In this document: piece after piece, positions 61,876 through 64,000 of the stretch | Numbering within the stretch: the first letter of the stretch is position 1 | Layout of the letters: each line of letters begins with the position of its first letter | DNA from: the human T2T-CHM13v2.0 reference genome, Homo sapiens | Reading direction: 5' to 3' (one strand) | DNA: 64,000 nucleotides | Assembly: GCF_009914755.1 (NCBI RefSeq) | Contig: NC_060939.1 | The notes under the pieces: generated by a model | Told to the model about the DNA's origin: nothing | The model's database searches: none | Seen by the model: the letters and a program-made list of their open reading frames with translations, nothing else | Translations under genes and position numbers: made by a program

Positions 61876-62987
61876 GTTAAAAGAGAGGAAGGACTTAGCA
61901 GATCCTTTTAAAAGGAAAAGCAAATAAACCATGTAGGACCTACAGCTAAGAGACTGCAGTCTGACACCTAAAAACCTTCTGATGTTGATTTAAACTGTGA
62001 AAAACTTAAAATTTACAAGAGAAGGCTGTAAATCAAAGATTCAACCACTATAACCAGTCTACTGAGTGACTGTTAATCAGTATTTACTTAAGTTACCACT
62101 GAGTGATACTGAAAGAATATTATTTGAAAGTGTAGGATATAATGACTCATTTTTGCTTTCTAATGAGTTATTTTCCTTTTTTGCTGTCCTTCCACGTATA
62201 GGTATCTTTCCTTACGTGATTGCTGGTTGCTCCAAATGCTGAATTTTACCATTGTAATATTTAAAAATAGCTAATTTGCTCTAACAGGATTGTAAAAATA
62301 TGTATTTTGGGGAGGCAGAGTACTGAACAAATTGTGCTGCTCTCTTTAGCCTCAATCTATATGCCTTCCCTGTTTTCTTTAATGCAAGCATTTTCAGGTT
62401 GATATTAATATTAAAAGCTCAAAGAGTCAACAGGATTCAAATATGTCAAATAACAGGAAAGCATTTGCACATATAATATACTCCTTAAAGTTAAGAAGAT
62501 CTTCAAATAAATTTATTTAGTAAGAAACACCATGGTAAATATAGCAGGAACCAAAAACATGGTCTTGACAGGAAGAATTCCAATTCTGCAACTACTAGCT
62601 ATATGCCCTTGACTTAGAAGAATCATTTTTCCCGAGGCATACTACATCTCGAGTTTTTAAAATAAAGATTCAACATTTACATAAAAAGCCATATTGTAAT
62701 AACAAGCATGTAATAGGTTCTTAATAAATGCTACATTAAAACTAAATCTAGTCTAACCCTTTCATTTACAAATTAGGATAAAAAATGACTTGTACAAGGT
62801 CACACACTGATTTTTATTTGGCTCCATTATCCAGTTAAAAATGCTATGATTATGTCTGATAATAATGCCTCCACTTTACACTGGGATTTTAATCAAGAAG
62901 AATATTTTGTGCCCCAGTCTTACCATTTTGGAACTTCCTCTGTCATAGAAACATTATATATTGTCAGTAAATAAGCTGAATTAAAGG

Positions 62988-63007
62988 TCAGTGCCCTCTA
63001 GTGCTGA
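62988..63007 (-). promoter_or_regulatory. Candidate CTCF site
   Basis: CAGCACTAGAGGGCACTG closely matches the CTCF core; lies in non-repeat sequence. Confidence 0.45.
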
Positions 63008-63400
63008 ACCTTCAGAGGTAGGTGCAGGTTCCAAATACAGGCAAATTTACCTAGTCTACAGAACAGGAAACAATCTCCATAAAAATAATGAAATGAAAAC
63101 ATGAGATAGCTACATGCACAGCGACCCATCTGTAAGGATGACTGTTCTCTCTGGGAGATGAGATTTTAAGCCTTTACTTTCTTTTCAAACATTTAAAAAG
63201 CTTTTAAAACTTTTTGTTATTGTTTAAGTTTTTATAACATATAAAACATTTAAAAAGAAGCTAAAACACAGGGCAAGATAACATCACTGGATTGCACAGT
63301 GGGGAAAACAACTCTTCTTCTCCTACTGCATAGTTTCAGAGGAAGTTACAAACCATGCAGCTTAGTATCTAATGTTACATTAAGAAAAAGTCGTAAAAGT

Positions 63401-63679
<279 letters not shown>

Positions 63680-64000
63680 TCAGAGATAAGGCAGATCTTT
63701 AAATTGAGAAAAACAAGAGGATAAATGTGACTTCAATTTTTTGAATGTACTTTAGGTGCCACTAATAGGTGACATGCTATGTATGTACAAGTCTTTTTTT
63801 TTTTAACTGAAAAGCATTAAACCAGCCCATGGTATTAGGTGCTTAAATGATTATAAAAAAGAAAACCAAAATGGAAATGGTTTAGAGAGCTGAAGTTAAA
63901 ATGAGAATTCCATTAAGGTGGCATATCCAGGTAATGGTGCTTAATGGGAAGACTACGGACTATACCAGTGTCTCATATAAATTAATATGAGAACATTTCT

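Overview
Primate (human-like) intronic genomic DNA from within RFX7, transcribed on the minus strand. Three phase-compatible coding exons are present: 42123-42156, 7253-7335 and 5632-5754. They encode ...[80 protein letters not shown], the entry into the RFX winged-helix DNA-binding domain. The rest is intron. It holds the 5' half of a young L1PA (minus, 1-3456), a near full-length older L1PA with target-site duplications (TSDs; plus, 12275-18624), a full-length processed HADH pseudogene (minus, ~54430-56212), a fossil hAT/Charlie transposase, about 20 Alus, and MER, MaLR/ERVL LTR, L2, MIR and L1M relics. Almost all listed ORFs other than the L1 and HADH ones are repeat-derived noise. I see no clearly new gene system. 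The best leads are: a candidate poison exon containing a U1-mimic sequence next to the 34-nt exon; nested inverted Alu and L1 pairs bracketing the two DBD-proximal exons; convergent L1 antisense promoters/ORF0s; and several templated micro-duplications. Repeat subfamily calls are from recognition of consensus sequences, not from a database run.
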